64,000 nucleotides of DNA. It comes from the human T2T-CHM13v2.0 reference genome, Homo sapiens. The stretch lies in the NCBI RefSeq assembly GCF_009914755.1, contig NC_060944.1; one strand, written 5' to 3'. A program made the position numbers and the translations under genes. Each line of letters starts with the position of its first letter. Position 1 is the first letter of the stretch. This document shows positions 14,217-29,651 of the stretch, one piece after another. The notes under the pieces were generated by a model. The model searched no databases, was not told the DNA's origin, and saw only the letters and a program-made list of their open reading frames with translations.

Positions 14217-14439
14217 GTGTGATGTACCTCATATGGCTGCCAGCTTGTGGTTATGCAGATTAGAAGCATTGCACATAAGTTGTTAGTTCATCTTTTCACT
14301 AGAGGGAGGGAAAGAATAAATTCAACTCTGAAATTGCATCCCACTTTCCTCTGAAAAACAAGCAAGCAAGCAAGCAAACAAACAAAAAACACAAAACTCC
14401 AAAACCTCCCTCTTTAAAATCTGGGACTGATGACAAAAG

Positions 14440-14915
14440 GTATCTGGAAAACACGGAGCCCATGACAGTCTGGGAACAGGTGCAGCTGCAGATCTTTGCT
14501 TGTGCGGATGAGGAGCCGAGAGGGTCGCCATCGCCCATGACCCCGAAGCCCACTGAGGCTGTGTCCTTGGAGGCTCGCATCCAGCCTCTCCTCTTTAACG
14601 CTTTGCTGCTGCCTAGCTGCAGTCTCCTTTCCATCTCCCTCTGCCGCCCGTTAGACCCCAGCTGCTCTCCCTCGGGCCAGCCCTAGGTCCCCTTGTGCCA
14701 CCCTTACCACTGCTGCGGAAGTGATGTGGGAATCACAGGGCGGAGCGAGTGATTTATAGACAAACCCCGTCCGTAAACTCCCAGACAGAGGCAGGGTACG
14801 GGGCTAGCACGGCGTTCAAGGCTCATCGTGCTTCATCCCAGCTCACCTACTCAACTGGACTTTCGCTACCCACCTGCAGCCCTTCTGTGTCAATCACCTG
14901 GGGCCTCTCACGGCT
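14440..14915. promoter_or_regulatory. CpG-enriched promoter/enhancer-like segment
   Basis: Local CpG enrichment, ETS-type GCGGAAGTG (~14715), GC box GGGCGG (~14738), TTTATAG (~14753). Confidence 0.4.
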
Positions 14916-15635
14916 AGGGTTTCAGGTTTCAGTGTCCTTGTTCACCCTGGAAGCCTGAAAGTTCAAAACAACACCTGATTCGCTCTTGTTCTCTCATTCT
15001 GGAATCTATTTTCTCTCCTTTAGCTCTGATTTAAATCGATTTTCAGCACGCTCCATGATGCAGAGCAAGTGTCTTCTCTTCCATGAAGGCTTCTCTTACG
15101 GACCAAGACAAAAGGTATTTTACCTGGAAGGCCCCCTTCCCTCATCATCTCTGCCTGCAGAGTGGTTTCCTTATCTTCTACTATAGCCCTTAGTATTTTC
15201 TAATCTATCTTATGATTGGAAGTTGACATATTTATGATTCAACTGTATTGTAAAATCCCTATCAGATTAACCAGCCACGTCTCTCTTTGGCAGCATCCAA
15301 GCAGATCTGGTCTTGAATATTGCTTCTGCAACTCTCTCTCACTTTGATGTTGCATAAGGTATCCAATTTCTCTCTTTTATTCATTGTTAGTGTTATGATT
15401 ATTGAATTTATGTAACTGTTAGCTAATCTCCAAACCCACTTTTTCCAGCTAGACATAATTCTACAGCCTCTTTTAGGATTAGGTATGGTCATGTGACAGA
15501 ATTCCAGCCAGAAGAGTGTGAGCAGGAGTGATGTTTGCCATTTTGGGGCCTGACCCGTGAAAACTTCCTGTGCAATCCTCCGTGCTTTTTTCCATTTCTG
15601 CAGCAAATTTGGGTGCCATGTTTTGAAGATGGGGG

Positions 15636-16143
15636 TGTGGTAGCAAAATTTCAAGATGTTCTCCAGTGATCCTTGCCTCCTGGTATTCATGCCCCATATA
15701 ATTCTCTACTGTCCTGAGTACGATGGATGTGTGCCACCAATAGGATATTGCAGAAAGGGCAGTGTGTGACTCCCAAGGCAAGGTCATAAAAGCTATGTGG
15801 CTTCTGCTGTAACCTCTCTTGCATCATTCTCTTTGGTGGAAGCCAGTCACTATGTCATAAGGACACTCAAGCAGTCTTGTGGAGAGGTCCATGTGGTGGG
15901 GAACTAAGACCTCCTGCCAGCTGCCAGCACAAATTCTCATTTATGTGAGAGATCATCTTAGAAGTGGATGCTCCAGTCCCAGTTCAATCTTCAGATGACT
16001 GCCACCTTGCAAGAGACTCTAAGCCAGAACCACCCAGACAAGCCACTCCCAAATTTCTTATGTATGGAAACTGATAATGCCTATTGTTTTAAGCTGCTAA
16101 GTTTTGGGGGTAATTTGTTATGCAGAAATAGCTAACTGATACA
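15636..16143 (+). mobile_element. MLT1 (E/F-like) MaLR solo LTR nested in an older MLT1 fragment (~15430-16220)
   Basis: TG...CA termini (TGTGGTAG...TAACTGATACA), GGGGG 5-bp TSD on both sides. Confidence 0.8.
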
Positions 16144-16299
16144 GGGGGCCACAAAGTGAAAGGGGCTTAGGTCCCTGTGACTCCCTAAATAGGAGCTGCC
16201 CACTGAGACTTGGGCTTTGTCTCTAAGTGGGAATCCCAAGGCTTAAGCTCCTTTAGCTTTATGGTAAATCTGCCTTTGTTAGACTCCAGTACATGTCTC

Positions 16300-18900
<2,601 letters not shown>

Positions 18901-19139
18901 TCTAAAGCCTGAGCTCACATTTTTGGGGGATACAGGTGAGTAGGTGAACGGAGGAGAACCTAGGGAGTCTATGATTCATAGAAACCTCTGGCCAGAGTCC
19001 AGGCAGCATGGAATTGTGAGGAGGACAAATAGAAAGTTGACAAGACCGGCAAAAGGAGCAAGACAGGAAGCCCAGAAGAGCACAGAGTCTCAGAGGCATG
19101 AATGTCGGTCTCTCATGGGACTGTTTACGGACCTGCCAG

Positions 19140-19231
19140 TGTGCACGTGCGTGTGCTCCTGAGTATGTGAATGTGTGTGAATCATGCTTGCACATGTGTA
19201 TGCGAGTGTGTATGTGTGTGTCTGTGTGTGT
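19140..19231. repeat. Degenerate (TG)n tract
   Basis: Alternating purine-pyrimidine run visible in sequence. Confidence 0.8.
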
Positions 19232-20356
19232 TTGTTACAAGGAGAGGCAAAGGGTAAAAGGCAAAGGGTAAAACGGAAGCAGTAAATACGTCTGACAGTA
19301 AGCAAGAGTTCATTTTCACTGGACATAGTACCAAAGAGCAAAGTCTGAAAGGGAAGAAGGCAGTGAGGGGGCTCAGCCCTTCCTGTCACAGGGGAAGAAC
19401 ACGTTAAAGGTGGATTTGGAAGAGTGGGTTTCTTTCCGGAAGACAAATGGATCAAGAGAAATTCCATCTACTTGTATCAGAGGATACAGGTTGACCTAGA
19501 ATAGTGACCTAGGCAGACAGGACTGGCATAGTTCAAAAAATCTCCTTTTTCACAGTGAAAGCCCAAATGACATTATTTCTGAGACTTTTATCCTGCGATG
19601 TTGGTATTCTGTTTTGTACACTAGCTATCAGCACAAGAATCATTTGTTGACAATGGTTACTAAAGAAGTTTCAGGTCTCATCTCAATGTAATCTGTACTC
19701 TGATTAAATTATAAACAGATTTCTAGAATTGAACAGTGATAGTCCATATGGTGTAGGAAGGGAGAATTCAAATAGAATATTCTCTCAATCGGTGATGACA
19801 GCACTAGTGACATGTCAGTTTATGAGAAACAGATATAGTACATAAAATATTCCCTTGTCTGGTTTACTTCTTTCCATAGTCAGGGCTATGAAATCTTTTC
19901 TGAACTAACTGACACACAAAATGAAGTTAATTAATATGATTTTAAAAAATATTATGTTTTTCATTCTACAGGGTGTTTTTTGTTGCTAATAGAACTAAAA
20001 TCTCAGCACATTCACTTCCAACCCAAAATGAAATGCAACCTTTCAGTGTGACGCAGGCTTTCTTCCTACTCTGTTTCCTGTCATAATCTATGTTTTGGTA
20101 AGTAAGAGGATGAATGGACTATGCCTTATGCTTATAAAACACCTTTTATTTTACCATCTGTAAGCCTTAGCTAAACACTGCTGATAGTCCAGAACAGATA
20201 CAGAGACAACAATGCAATGAATTAGAGAATAAAAGCACTGATGAGAGGAAGCAAAAAATGGAAACTGAGGCTGTGTGCTTTATTTAAATGGTACAGTTCC
20301 TGTTTAGAAAATGAAAATCAAACTATTTGAAGTCACTTTGGACTACTGAGTTTTCT

Positions 20357-20361
<5 letters not shown>

Positions 20362-20404
<43 letters not shown>
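20362..20404. repeat. (TA)n microsatellite at an L1 tail
   Basis: About 21 perfect TA units. Confidence 0.95.
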
Positions 20405-20408
<4 letters not shown>

Positions 20409-20890
20409 TCAATAGCTTTTGGGGTACAGGTGGATTTTGTTTACATGAATAAATGCTGTAGCGGTAAAGTCTGAGGTTTTAGTGCACCCTTTGACTTAGT
20501 AGTGTACATTGTACCCAATATGTAGTTTTTTTTTTTAATCCCTCACCCTCCGCCTCTGAGTCTCCATTATACCACCCTGTATGCCTTTGTGAACCCATAG
20601 CTTAGCTCCCACTTATTAGTGAAAACGTGGTATTTGGTTTTCCATTCCTGAGTTACTTCACTCTTTGAATAATGTCCTTCAGTTTCATCCAGATGCTGCA
20701 ACAGGTATTATTTCATTTTTTTAATGGCTGAGTAGTATTCCATGGTGTATGTAGACCACATTTTCTTTGTCCACTCATCTGTTGATGGGCAAGTAGGTTG
20801 TTTCCATATCTTTGCAATTGTGAATTATGCTGCGATAAACATACGCATGCAGGTATTTTTGATATATGACTTATTTTCCTTTGGATACCG
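20405..20890 (-). mobile_element. L1PB-like 3' fragment
   Basis: ATTTCAATAGCTTTTGGGGTACAGGTGG...GGCTGAGTAGTATTCCATGGTGTAT antisense L1 3' end. Confidence 0.85.
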
Positions 20891-21470
20891 AGTTTTCTAG
20901 TGCAGGTTTTGCTGTGACCACTAACTGGAGAGGCCTTGGCAGCCTGTCATCTCTTTCCACCCTGTGGGTCTCACTGCCTGGGAATTCACATGGTTCCTTT
21001 TAGCAGGCCTTCACCTCACATCTTTATCCTGGCCCCTTTCTTCGCTGCCACACCTGGGCTTTACACCTCCCACTGGCTTCTATTTGCTGCCACATAAACT
21101 CCAAATGGCTGTGACCAAGGGCCAAGTTCACCCTTCCATCCCGCCTTGAGTTCTCACTCTGACACCCGGAATATCAGCACTGGAGACAGCTGCATGCTCC
21201 CCGTGGGATACTGGCTGCCTCTTCTGGACGTGAGACAATTTGAGTGCAGTATTTCTCTAGTTGCTGACCCTTCCCAGCTCCTCCTTTCAGGGGATGTGGT
21301 GTCATCCTGGCATTGTCCTGTCCTAACCTAGCCCTGCTGGTCTCCATGGCTGCAGCTGGATATCCAAACACCCAACACACATAATCATGGCTCTGTGCCG
21401 TGAGGAGGAGACAAGACCCCCCCAAACCATTCTGTCGAGTTTCCTATGGTTGGGTTCTGGTTGTATTTCT

Positions 21471-21494
21471 CTTCTTTTCTTTTCTTTTCTTTTC

Positions 21495-21529
<35 letters not shown>

Positions 21530-21816
21530 GAGACGGAGTTTTGCTCTTTGTTGCCCAGGCTGGAGTGCAGTGGCGCGATCTCTGCTCATTGCTACAACCT
21601 CTGCCTCTCGGATTCAAGTGATTCTCTTGCCTCAGCCTCCCTAGTAGCTGGGACTACAGGCTCCCACCACCATGCCCAGCTAATCTTTGCATTTTTAGTA
21701 GAGACGGGGTTTCACCATGTTGGCCAGGCTGGTCTCGAACTCCTGACCTCAGGTGATCCATCTGCCTTGGCCTCCCAAAGTGCTGGGATTACCGGCATGA
21801 GCCACCGCACCTGGCC
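21471..21816 (-). mobile_element. AluS with (TTTTC)n tail
   Basis: Full dimer; TSD CTGGTTG(T/A)ATTTCT at 21457-21470 and 21817-21830. Confidence 0.95.
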
Positions 21817-24679
21817 CTGGTTGAATTTCTTGGGAGAGTTGCGTGATTCACCCTAGAACCCCCTCATTCTGCTCTAGCGGCAGGACAGGCTCCCTTCAAG
21901 CCAGGGCCACTGTTAATCAGGAAAAAGAGGTGATCAAGAATGTTCTCAATTCAAGAGGGTCAGAAACATAATCAACTTTTGGTTGATGATGGGAGGCCTG
22001 TTTTAAAGTTTGGTCCTGAAGCCCTAAGCATGCGTTTTCTGGCCATGAGGCACCTGGGGAGGAGGCTGGTTGGGAGAGAGCTCCTTCAACCAGGAGGCTG
22101 CCTCCTTCCAGGGAGAGTCACGCGGAGACAGCTGAAGATGCTGTCATGATTAGAGTCAGGTCAGTATTTCTTCTCTGTGGGAGCATCCCATTGGCCAGGT
22201 CATCATTCCAGAATCTCAGATGCATATCTTTCAATTTCCCTTCCATCCCTGCTGCAGTCCGGGTCAGGATCTGGCCTCTCACCATCCTGGGCTGCCTATT
22301 TCTAGGATCTCCCCCTCTCACCAATCTCATGCAGCAACCAGCATTACATTCCTGAAATATGGGTTGTTGCAGGTCCCTCTTGTCTGCAGGATAGAGTGTC
22401 AACCTCTGGGTGTCCGACTAGCTTCCTCCACATGTCCTTATAACCTATTGTATTGATTTAAGCTCATTTCCTAAGGGGTCTCTGCACTTGGATGCTCTGA
22501 ACCTGTGTGTAGTTGGTTCCCTTAGCCTGGACAGCTCTTCTCTTCCTCTTTTCCACTGATCACGAGACTTCACAATTGTGAAATCCTTTCTTTAATGCTT
22601 CCTTTTGTGGGAAGAACCCCTGAGGTAATCAGTGGGGTTCACTGAGGTCCCCTCCTCTTTTCCTCTACACCACTGTTTTATGCGTCCTGTCTAGCCTCGT
22701 GTTGAAAGTGCCTATTTCTGGGCTCCAATTAGGCTCATTCTCCCTCTTTTCTTTGAATTATCATGAACTGAATTGATCTGTCTTTTAAAAAATTATCCTT
22801 GTAAATTGGGTCTATCTTTTAAGTATTAACCTTATTTCCCTCAATTCAACTTATTTCCAAATAACTATTAGGCCTGCCCATTAGGTGATAAGTTTTTTTA
22901 AAAATAATTTGTCACTGTAGAAATATTCAAACATATACAAAAATAGAGAGTATAGCCTGTGAACTCCTACATCCCTAGCACCCAGCTTTGTCACTCCTCC
23001 ATATTATGTTGAAGTAAATCTCAGATATCTTTCTACTATAAATATTTCACCATATTCTTTTAACAGCTAAGGAAACTTAAAAAATAACCATCATACAATT
23101 TATTACTTAAATTTATTAATACATTTTTAATATCAGATGGTAAGTTACAGGATGGAGCTGTGACACCCTTGTCATGAACAAGCCTACAGTTGTAGACTTA
23201 TGCTCACAAAGGGTGCTCAGCTCCCTATTAATGAATTGATTGATGAATCAATTAAATGATGTTGTGATTATTGGCTATCACTGACACTTGCAGAAGGTAG
23301 CTCTCTCTTGTGCTGATTTCATGTTAATCTCATCTAACTTTAAGGAGCTCATTTCATGACACATGGAATTTAAAGGCCAGTACTCTACAATTCATGGACA
23401 CTCTTCTAACTCAAAGTAGCTATTAAGGAAACCAATCTTAAAGTCAGGATGACAGGGACCTTAAAGTACCAATTCCATTTCCAGCCTTATAGACTCAACC
23501 AAGTTATTTAATGTGTCTAAATCCAGTTTTCTTATAGGAAAAAGAGTTTCTAATAGTACCTATCTCCTAGGATTTTTGTGTGGGTTAAATGAGATACGAA
23601 AACACAAGGCAGTGTTGGGTACTTAGTAAGTGCTCAATAAATATTATCTGTTCTCATTTTTTATGCCTGCAGAGTATAATATCCTTTTTTCTCCCACTTT
23701 TAAATGCTGGAAGAAGATTGAAAATGGCAACTAGCATCTCATAAAATGACATAGGATAATTTAGAAAAGTGGGGAAGTATTTATATCTGAAGTCAGCACT
23801 GTATAAACATCGATATGAGCCAACAATATTGTGTGCTCTCCAAGTGTTTTGCAGAAGCAGTGGGGCTCCTGCTGAGACGTGGTCTTGCCAAACCCCCTCA
23901 AGCTCCAAAGATGGTCTTTTCAAAATCTTTCTCCTCTATTGCCCCGGGCCATGTTCTTCCAGAAAACTGCCTGCAAGCAATTTCCTTAATCGGGTTGCTA
24001 AGGGCAACCCCAAAGAAACAACATACCAAGCTATCTGTCTGTCCATCCGAATCCCAAAAGCTTTCCTTGTGCTTCCTGCTCTGACCAAAGAGGCATTTGA
24101 GGCACATGTGAGAGAACAGCTTTCCAGAAACCACACTTGAGTCCACAGCAGAGCGGAAGGGGCAGGAGGCATCAGGACCATTTCCAGATTTCTCTCTGGC
24201 CCTGATTGTCTAGATTTGCATCCAATCACTGCAAGAGTGTATACAAAAGTTGTTAGAAAGATTTGGGTTTCACACAGAGTTATGAAAACAAGGTAGAAGC
24301 CTCATGTCTTCATTTCCCATGAAATCTTGTGGGTGTAAATGAAACATGTTTTAGTCTCAAATCCTGGAGCTGTGGGGTTCACAATGGAGAAATATCCAGG
24401 TCTCTTGAACAAGACTGGACGATAACCAGGGACAGTTCCCTTTTTCCCCCACATTCATTTATGAGTTGGTCAAACTGTTGTCTATTCACAGGAGATTCTT
24501 AGACATGAGAGCTATGGGACAATCTCTTTTCAGATCCTGACAGTGTCCCTGGGAAATCTTTCTGTTCTTAGTAAATATCAAGTCAGATAAATCAATAAGG
24601 CTGGCGATGGAGCTGAAGGTAAAACAGGAGGCACTAAATCACAGACCATGCAAATTCATGTAATTCTTAGCTTTGGGAG

Positions 24680-25090
24680 GTGTTTAATGCTGTGTAATAA
24701 ACACCATCAAAAATCTCAGCAACATAAAACAACAATCACTGATTCTTTAAAAATCTTGGGCCTCTAGGTCAGAGAGCTGATCTTGGCTTCAAGTTCCCAG
24801 TGGGTTCAGGCTTCCTCCATCTGTCTGTCATTCTGGGACCCTTGATGACCCAGGATGTAGTCAGCTCATGGTTGTTGCTGAAGCCAAATAAGGGTGAGCA
24901 GAAATGTGATGTTTCTGAAGCCCTGGGCTCAGAATTGGCACACTGTCATTTTTGCCCATATCTTATTGGCCAAAGCACAATATATAGACAAGCCCAATAT
25001 CAACGGAGAAAATGAAGTCCATTCACAGTGACTCATGGCAAGGGTGGGAAGGAAGCAAGGGTTGCAAGCAGAGAATACAGTTTACCCCAC
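24680..25090 (-). mobile_element. MLT1-like MaLR LTR
   Basis: GCTGTGTAATAAACACC...AAAATCTCAG; GGCTCAGAATTGGCACACTGTCATTTTTGCCCATAT..TTGGCCAAAGCA. Confidence 0.6.
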
Positions 25091-27364
25091 AGGGTAACTC
25101 AAGCAAGTCAGCCTGGCAGGGCCAAGGTCAGTCTTACTTTCTTGGCAACTGGGGTGGCATTATACACTGGAGCTCAGTGGCCCATGGCTGAGAGTGTATA
25201 TTAGGAACTACAATCCAAGTAGCCTAAAGTACAGCCCAGGCTTGTGAATTTGGAAATTTCCATTTTTAGGAAATTTGATATTGCTCTGTGTGCCACCCCC
25301 ATATCCCAAGGTATAAGCAGTGCAGTAGCTAAGTATTTTTAGGACATGCAAATTTACTATATTTTGTTGGCTACAAGATAATAGGGCACACAGGATTTTC
25401 TAAAGCTGCAATTCCAAATGGCATGGACTAGAAGCCAGGTTTTCTCACTCCATGTCAAGGGCTATTCTTCTTCTCTCTCTCTGTCTCTAACAATATTGCA
25501 ACGATATTCTGAATTTAGTTGTAAATTTAGTTGGAATTTGATATAAGCTATTTGATTTTCCTTCACAAATTTGTTTACAGCAATTTCCTCCCAGAACACA
25601 CTGATAAAGAGAAGTAGATGACAGTTATTGATGAACCCTGCTGCTGGCAGTTATTAATCAGCCATTGACTTGATGAAGCAGCCATGGATGCCACACCTGA
25701 TGGTGAGGCATGTGACCTGGGGTCCAGCTGCCATGGGTCATCCATGTGGCTTTGGGAGTGTTGGGAAGCTACTGCTTCAGCATCTCCAAGGAACAAGCGT
25801 CCTGTGAGAGTGGAAGTGAGAGGTCAGTAAAGACAGACCCGTTTTTTGAGCCCTTACTCTGCCAGGCATTGGGAAACAGAGAAACAGAGTTTCTGTCCTT
25901 GTGAAGCTTCAGCCTAGTGGATTATTTCTCTACAACTGTCATGGAACATTAAGAAATAATTTCAAAAGAGTGAAGGGCATGGTAGGCACATTTTACATAA
26001 GTCATTTAATTGGCGCTTCCAAATGCCTCTTAAAGGTACGTGGTGATCCCATTTTACAGGTGAGAAGACTGAGGCTCAGTGAGTTCTAGTAACTTGACAA
26101 AGCCCCACAGCAAGCTGACAGATGAGTCAGGATTCCAGTGCAGATCAACTGGACCCCAACGTCTTTGCTTTTCCCACCACATGACTTAGGGAGAATGGAA
26201 CATCCCATTTCAGGAGAATGTGATGTCTCTGAAATTCTGTCTTCAGCAATGTCCTCTTTCAAATTTTATGTGTTCTTTGCTACCTCCATTTGGGCAGAAA
26301 TTGTGTCTTATAAGAATTTAATCCCCTGAAGCAATTGGAATGGTACTGGAGAATAAACAAAACAAAACAAAACCAAAAAACAAAAAAAAAAAACCCATTA
26401 ATGTTTTAAAAGTAGAAATGCAAACACAGCAACAAAAAGTAGCCCTAATTGCAAAGCCCAATAGAATTGTGCTTGAGATGATTTGCTGCTTTATTTTTGG
26501 AAGCCCTCCGTATTACCCACACTATTGTCAAACTCTTCTTGAGCAGTGAACATCAAGAGATCATGGATTAAATGGGAAAATTAGTGTCAAGATTACATCA
26601 GAAGAAAGGCAAGTATCGCATCATTTCACTGCCCACAAAAATACATTCTTTCCCTTTCCCTCCACTATTTTAAGACTTCATTGACCTTTTCTAAGGTCCC
26701 AATTTCCATTTAACCTCTGTGCCAGTCAAGACAGCAGTCCCAAGTCTCTAACTTTCTTCACCCAATGATCACTCTTTGAACTCACCAAGCATGCTACAAA
26801 CAGAAGGAAGCCATTAGCAGGGGGAGTTCGAACCTATATAGCCAACCATAAATTAGAAGTCCAAGGAAGCATTTTCAACCACTACGAGGTCACTCAGGCT
26901 GACTGCTGGCAGTGGCTTCTCATCGATGACAGGTCACTAAAGAATTCTCTCTAGGCGGCTCATTTCTGGTGGCAGCAATATTACTGTTTGGACTTCTGAA
27001 ATGATTTTTGTGATGCACATGGCTGCCAGAGGCAGGAATTCTGGAATCAGAGAGGAGAAACCACTTACCTCAGGGGCTGAAGGAGCCTTTGGGCTTCCTG
27101 GCTAGAGTGCTGAGGAACTTGGTGCTCTCAGGCTGCTGGTGGGAGGAGAGACCTGGGTTTGAGGAGGTGACTGGCCAGGCTTATGGACGGGGATCCACAT
27201 GATGAATTTCTCCAGCCCCTGTGCACTCAAACTGCGGTAAAATCAGTTAGTGGGTTTGCGCTTTGAGCAGCTCTAGTAATTCATTTGGTGTGTCTTTATA
27301 GTTTACAAGGCACTCTTGCTTCTGAGTTTCCCTTGGAGGCTGAGGCCACTCCCAGAAGCCCAGT

Positions 27365-27570
27365 AAAGAGCAGTGGCCAAGTGCACAAACTGGGCCTGGG
27401 CTCAGATCCCAGCTCTGTCGCTTTCTAACTGTGTGACCTTTGGCAAACTACTTAACATTTCTGTGCCTCTGTTTATGCATCTGTGAAATGGTGGTAAGAC
27501 TAGTACCTATCCCAAAGAGTTGCTGTGAAGTTGAACTGAGTTAATATTTGAAACACTTAGAACTGTGCTA
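27365..27570 (+). mobile_element. MIR
   Basis: CCCAGCTCTGTCGCTTTCTAACTGTGTGACCTTTGGCAAACTACTTAAC...CATCTGTGAAATGG. Confidence 0.75.
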
Positions 27571-28093
27571 TTAAGGCATTAGCCTAAGCTTCTCCATTTT
27601 AATAGGTGAAGATATTTGGAAATCTATAGAGGATGATTTGCTATAGTTTACTCAAGTGACTTGAACCTAACTCCCCCTCCAAAGTCTGACCATTATTCCA
27701 CATGGATGTTCCTTTATGCAATTTTCTATCCATCTATCCCAGCCAGATTCCATTTCTTGCTGTAATTCGAATATTTTCACACTGGATTTTCTAGGAAATG
27801 TGGCCGAGGGAGGGCTATCTTAGGTATACACTTACACTTTTTAAAACTGTTCCTGTTTTGTTGTGTGTACTTATGCTCAGGTTTTGAGTTTACCCCTAAA
27901 TCTCAAAAGAAGTATATTGAAAAGTATGAAATTGCCATTTATTATAATGATGAAATCAACTTCCTTAAGAATTTCACATATGTCAATGCATAGAAATTAT
28001 TTCAAATAAAGTATGTTTCTGTGAACATAAAACATTTACTTGTTATGACACTGTAATCAGGGCGTCACAGATTCTAGGATATGAAATGCTAAG

Positions 28094-28303
28094 CACCCCA
28101 TCTCTACCAAAATAAAAAAAATTTAGCCCGGCGTGGTGGAACACACTGTAGTCTCAGCTTCTCAGGAAGCAGGGGTGGGAGGACAACTTGAGCCTGGGAG
28201 GCTGCAGTGAGCTGTGGTTGTGTCACTGCACTCCAGTCTGGGTGACAGAGGGAGACTATGTCTCAACAAACAAACAAACAAACAAACAATAAATAAATAG
28301 AAA
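28094..28303 (+). mobile_element. 5'-truncated Alu (AluJ-like) with (CAAA)n tail
   Basis: Linker plus right arm; TSD GAAAT(G/A)CTAAG at 28083-28093 and 28304-28314. Confidence 0.85.
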
Positions 28304-28527
28304 GAAATACTAAGTAGACATTTGATTATCTCATGCCCAGGTTGTATCTGGAGATAAGGGTATGCTGGAAAGAATTCTGGACTAAGAATCTGGAAGTCTG
28401 GATTCTAATCTCAAATACTTATTGCATTCATGGTGAACCAATTATCTCTTGAGTTTTAGTTCCCCATTTGTAGAATGGCACTGGGTGACCTTTCCATTTC
28501 CTCCTCATTCCAATATTTCTATTACTC

Positions 28528-28935
28528 TGTCTTGGTTTGGGTTTCTTGAGAAGCAGAGAGGAAAAGTTAATTGGGAGGCAATCTCAGGAAGCACTGTTAG
28601 GGGTGCAGGGAAGTGAGACAAAAGAGAAGGCAGCCCATAATGGTGCAGCACCAATCCATTTACCTCTTGGGGCCATTGGAGCTTCATCCAGCTGGAAACC
28701 CTGGGAGATAGTGTGGGACATGCCTCAGACTGAGGGAGCTGGGGTATTTACACCCCAACTCCTGTCAGTCAGAGCTTGAGGGCTGTTCTCAAAGGCTCTT
28801 CTGGTCTGCCACATGGAGGAAAATAGTGCAGGAAGTCCTTTTGGCTGAAGTGTACTGGTGCTGATGATGAGAAGGTGGGCACTATTCCCTGAAGTGGTGT
28901 AGGAGAGGAGCACCTGCTGTTTGCTACACATTGAC
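28528..28935 (-). mobile_element. LTR16-like ERVL LTR
   Basis: TGTCTTGGTTTGGGTTTCTTGAGAAGCAGA...ATTGGGAGGCAATCTCAGGAAGCAC. Confidence 0.6.
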
Positions 28936-29288
28936 CTCCCAGATCTGCCTGTGATTTGGGGCTTATAGAGATGTGTTGATTCTGTCTAGTCAAAGTGAGA
29001 GTCATTGCAGAACAAAACCAGAATCTTAGTGGTGACTGTGCAAAGCCATTTGGTCTAATGATTTTACCAAGAGCATCTCAGAACACTAGTATTGGTAGTA
29101 TGTAGCCTTGTTAATAAATATATACAAGTACATGTTGAAATGACTTGTTATTATATGGCTAGAGCAAACCCACGTCATCCTCATGATGTCTTGCTGTCAC
29201 AATCTCATTCTCTCTTGGGGTCTGACCTGACTCCTCAAGCAAGAGAACAAGGGTTGGCAGAGCTCTCCAGGAATGCACAGCCCCAGGT

Positions 29289-29306
29289 GCCCAGCAGAGG
29301 GCATCA
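29289..29306 (+). promoter_or_regulatory. Candidate CTCF site
   Basis: GCCCAGCAGAGGGCATC matches the core CCASYAGRKGGC. Confidence 0.5.
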
Positions 29307-29651
29307 AGTATGACAGATATTGGAATGACATCTGTTGTGTGTGCAGAGCAGACTGACTGAGTGGAACCATGACCAAAGAGAACTCAGGTAGACTCAAGTG
29401 CTTCTGGGAAATTTGAGAAACTTCCCTGACAGAGAATTTACTTCAAGTCAGATGCCTCCCCAATAATTGAAAATCCTGCCAATAATGAGGAAAGAGAAGT
29501 GGACCCAAATTCCTATTTCCTTGAATCTGCTCTTCAGTTTGTTCATGAAATTTGCTCACCTGATAAATCTTGCTCGAGAGCCTGCCATGCTCCAGCACTG
29601 GGGACCCAGCAGTGAAAAAACCAGTACAATCTGGCCCTCACGGAGCTTCCC

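Noticed and set aside
19245-19273. Short tandem duplication AGGCAAAGGGTAAA (also AGAGGACAAA at ~48803)
   Set aside because: Ordinary slippage duplications.
21323-21856. Alu-like peptides (also 18470, 58343, 58723, 61406)
   Set aside because: Typical Alu-derived spurious ORFs.
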